Assembly: GCA_002269645.1 (NCBI GenBank)
Contig: NIVC01000697.1
Span: forward strand, 62,001-126,000
Source of the DNA: Macrostomum lignano
Taxonomy: Eukaryota
DNA length: 64,000 nucleotides
Direction: 5' to 3'
Shown here: in pieces, positions 61,882 through 64,000 of the stretch
Layout of the letters: every line of letters begins with the position of its first letter
Numbering within the stretch: the first letter of the stretch is position 1
Made by a program: the position numbers and the translations under genes
The notes under the pieces: generated by a model
What the model saw: only the letters and a program-made list of their open reading frames with translations
What the model was told of the DNA's origin: nothing
Databases searched by the model: none

Positions 61882-63078
61882 GAGTTGCTTGCGTCACTCG
61901 TCTGCATCAAAGCTGACTTGCCGTCTCCAGACTGGGCCTGTCAAATTTGGCATTTATACGAGAATTCAGGATTGACAGTTTACAACTGATATTCTACTGA
62001 GACTTTGAAACAGACTGGCATATTGGTGTCAGTACAATCTGTAGGTTAGCTGCACCACCTAAACTTGAATTCCACCTCCTATTGGTGAGGCTCTTCAACA
62101 GACTGGCTCAGTTGCGTCAGTACAGTCTGTAGGTTAGCTGGACCACCTAAACTTGAATTCCACCTCCTATCTGTGAGGCTCTTAAACAGACTGGATCAGT
62201 TGCGTCAGTACAGTCTGTAGGTTAGCTGGACCACCTAAACTTGAATTCCACCTCCTATCTGTGAGGCTCTTCAACAGACTGGCTCAGTTGCGTCAGTGCA
62301 GTCTGTAGGTTAGCTGGACCTCCTAAACTCGAATTCCACCCCATCTGTGAGGCTCTAAAACAGACTGGCTCTGTGGCGTCAGTACAGTCTGTAGGTTAGC
62401 TGGACCAGTTCAATTAGAATAGGATAAGCCAAATCTGAACACTTTTGCAGCAAGCTCACCACAGTAGATTCAATCTCGTCCGATGACTGAAATGCGATGA
62501 GGCAACACGTCTGTCCACCGGACTGACCAGCGTCTCAGGTGCCTCAGCCGACTTCTTAGAAGTGTCCAGACGTGAGGTGTCAGCCTATAGTCGACTTAAT
62601 GGCCCTTGGTCTTAAAATCTTGGTCGATATCTTGCTGGAGTTGCTTGCGTCACTCGTCTGCATCAAAGCTGACTTGCCGTCTCCAGACTGGGCCTGTCAA
62701 ATTTGGCATTTGTACGAGAATTCAGGATTGACAGTTTACAACTGATATTCCTACTGAGACTTTGAAACAGACTCTGGCATATTGGTGTCAGTACAGTCTG
62801 TAGGTTAGCTGGACCTCCTGGACTTGAATTCCACCTCCTATTGGTGAGGCTCTTCAACAGACTGGCTCAGTTGCGTCAGTACAGTCTGTAGGTTAGCTGG
62901 ACCTCCTAAACTTGAATTCCACCCCATCTGTGAGGCTCTTCAACAGACTGGCTCAGTTGCGTCAGTACAGTCTGTAGGTTAGCTGGACCTCCTAAACTTG
63001 AATTCCACCCCATCTGTGAGGCTCTAAAACAGACTGGCTCAGTTGCGTCAGTGCAGTCTGTAGGTTAGCTGGACCAGC
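61882..63078. repeat. Duplicated block (61882.. and 62639..), each ending in tandem units of about 88 bp
   Basis: GAGTTGCTTGCGTCACTCGTCTGCATCAAAGC.. occurs twice; unit period 86-88. Confidence 0.9.
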
Positions 63079-64000
63079 TTAAGTTGTATGTGCACCGATT
63101 TGCTTACCTGGTAGATTTTGCTTTTTGGTCTGGCAGGAAAACATATTTCTGAAATTTCGATTGAGTAGGTTCTTATTGAGGCTCTTTACTAAAGTTAATC
63201 ATTTTTTCATCCTAAAAAACACTTCGTTTTGGTACTTACTGCAATTTCAATGCAATTTTTCAAAAACGTCGTCGAAAACATTTTTCACTGGCTCCCAAGT
63301 ATTGTTAGATCTAAAAGTCGTGTGTTGTTTTATTAGCTACGTAATAATCCAAAGGTTTGGTTTTACTAGAGAATTAGAACGCGAGGAAGTCAATCTTTTA
63401 AATTGAATATTTTCATTTTATGCTTACCTTAGGTATCTAGTCCACTTGATGTAACATCTGTTACTGTTGCACCTCTCCGGGACTCTGTGTGTTATTGGGA
63501 TATCTCCTGCGAGACATTCGTGTCTTCTCGTGTATTGACTATTGACAGTTCAGTTGAATGTTTCAGTCTATCCGAGAAATTAGGTGGTCCATGTAAGCCT
63601 GTTTTAGCTAGACCAAAGGTTTTCACTTTTATAGCTCTGCCCCTCTCTGACTCGTTTAGTCGACGGACTGTCTGTCCCTTGGACTGTTCCTATTGGCTGG
63701 CATTCCCAGTAGGGGTGGTCCGATTTTTACCACCTCTCCGAAATCAGTCCTTAACCAATGCAGCACTAGTCTGTGTGACTGTGTTGTGCGCTTCGAGTTT
63801 CGTTTACATGGACCTCAACAGACGATTTGATGTGCGTGCAACTGTGTTTAGTGGGACCAGGGTAAACTAAAATAAAAAATATCAGACCTTCGCTTTGAGC
63901 TTGGTTTGGTGCTTCCCCACCCCTAAACAGGGCTCTGAGAGCAGAACCTTCTTCTCAAGGCCGAAACTCTCCACCAGGATTATTTCTTATTGTGGTTCGA

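Overview
Eukaryotic, intron-rich genomic DNA with no prokaryotic features. GC-rich exons full of poly-Ala/Gln/Gly tracts and minisatellite-filled introns resemble the flatworm Macrostomum; the species is an inference. Three spliced genes lie head-to-tail on the minus strand, with exons reconstructed by hand from GT-AG sites and phase continuity: (1) a doublecortin-like kinase with two DCX domains and a DCLK3-type kinase domain (ATG 10146, running off the left edge); (2) a complete 21-exon BLTP2/KIAA0100/hobbit bridge-like lipid transfer protein (36633 to 14642, about 2570 aa); (3) a short dystrophin-family gene (about 59131 to 42535) with spectrin-like repeats, WW, EF-hand, ZZ and C-terminal coiled coil, and no actin-binding domain in the window. 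Most long ORFs in the track are artefacts of tandem repeats. Points of interest: three apparent frameshifts, two of them a single base missing from a C run; about 30 different minisatellites, mostly private to one intron; several arrays built from splicing or RNA-binding motifs (ACUAAC, GUUAGU, tandem splice donors); an in-frame stop-free repeat intron in BLTP2; a coding EKQQYQQQQQ minisatellite exon in the dystrophin-like gene; acceptor-like sites just before each start codon (possible SL trans-splicing or operon); and a nested hAT-like MITE. No clearly novel biological system is demonstrated; the functional ideas are hypotheses.
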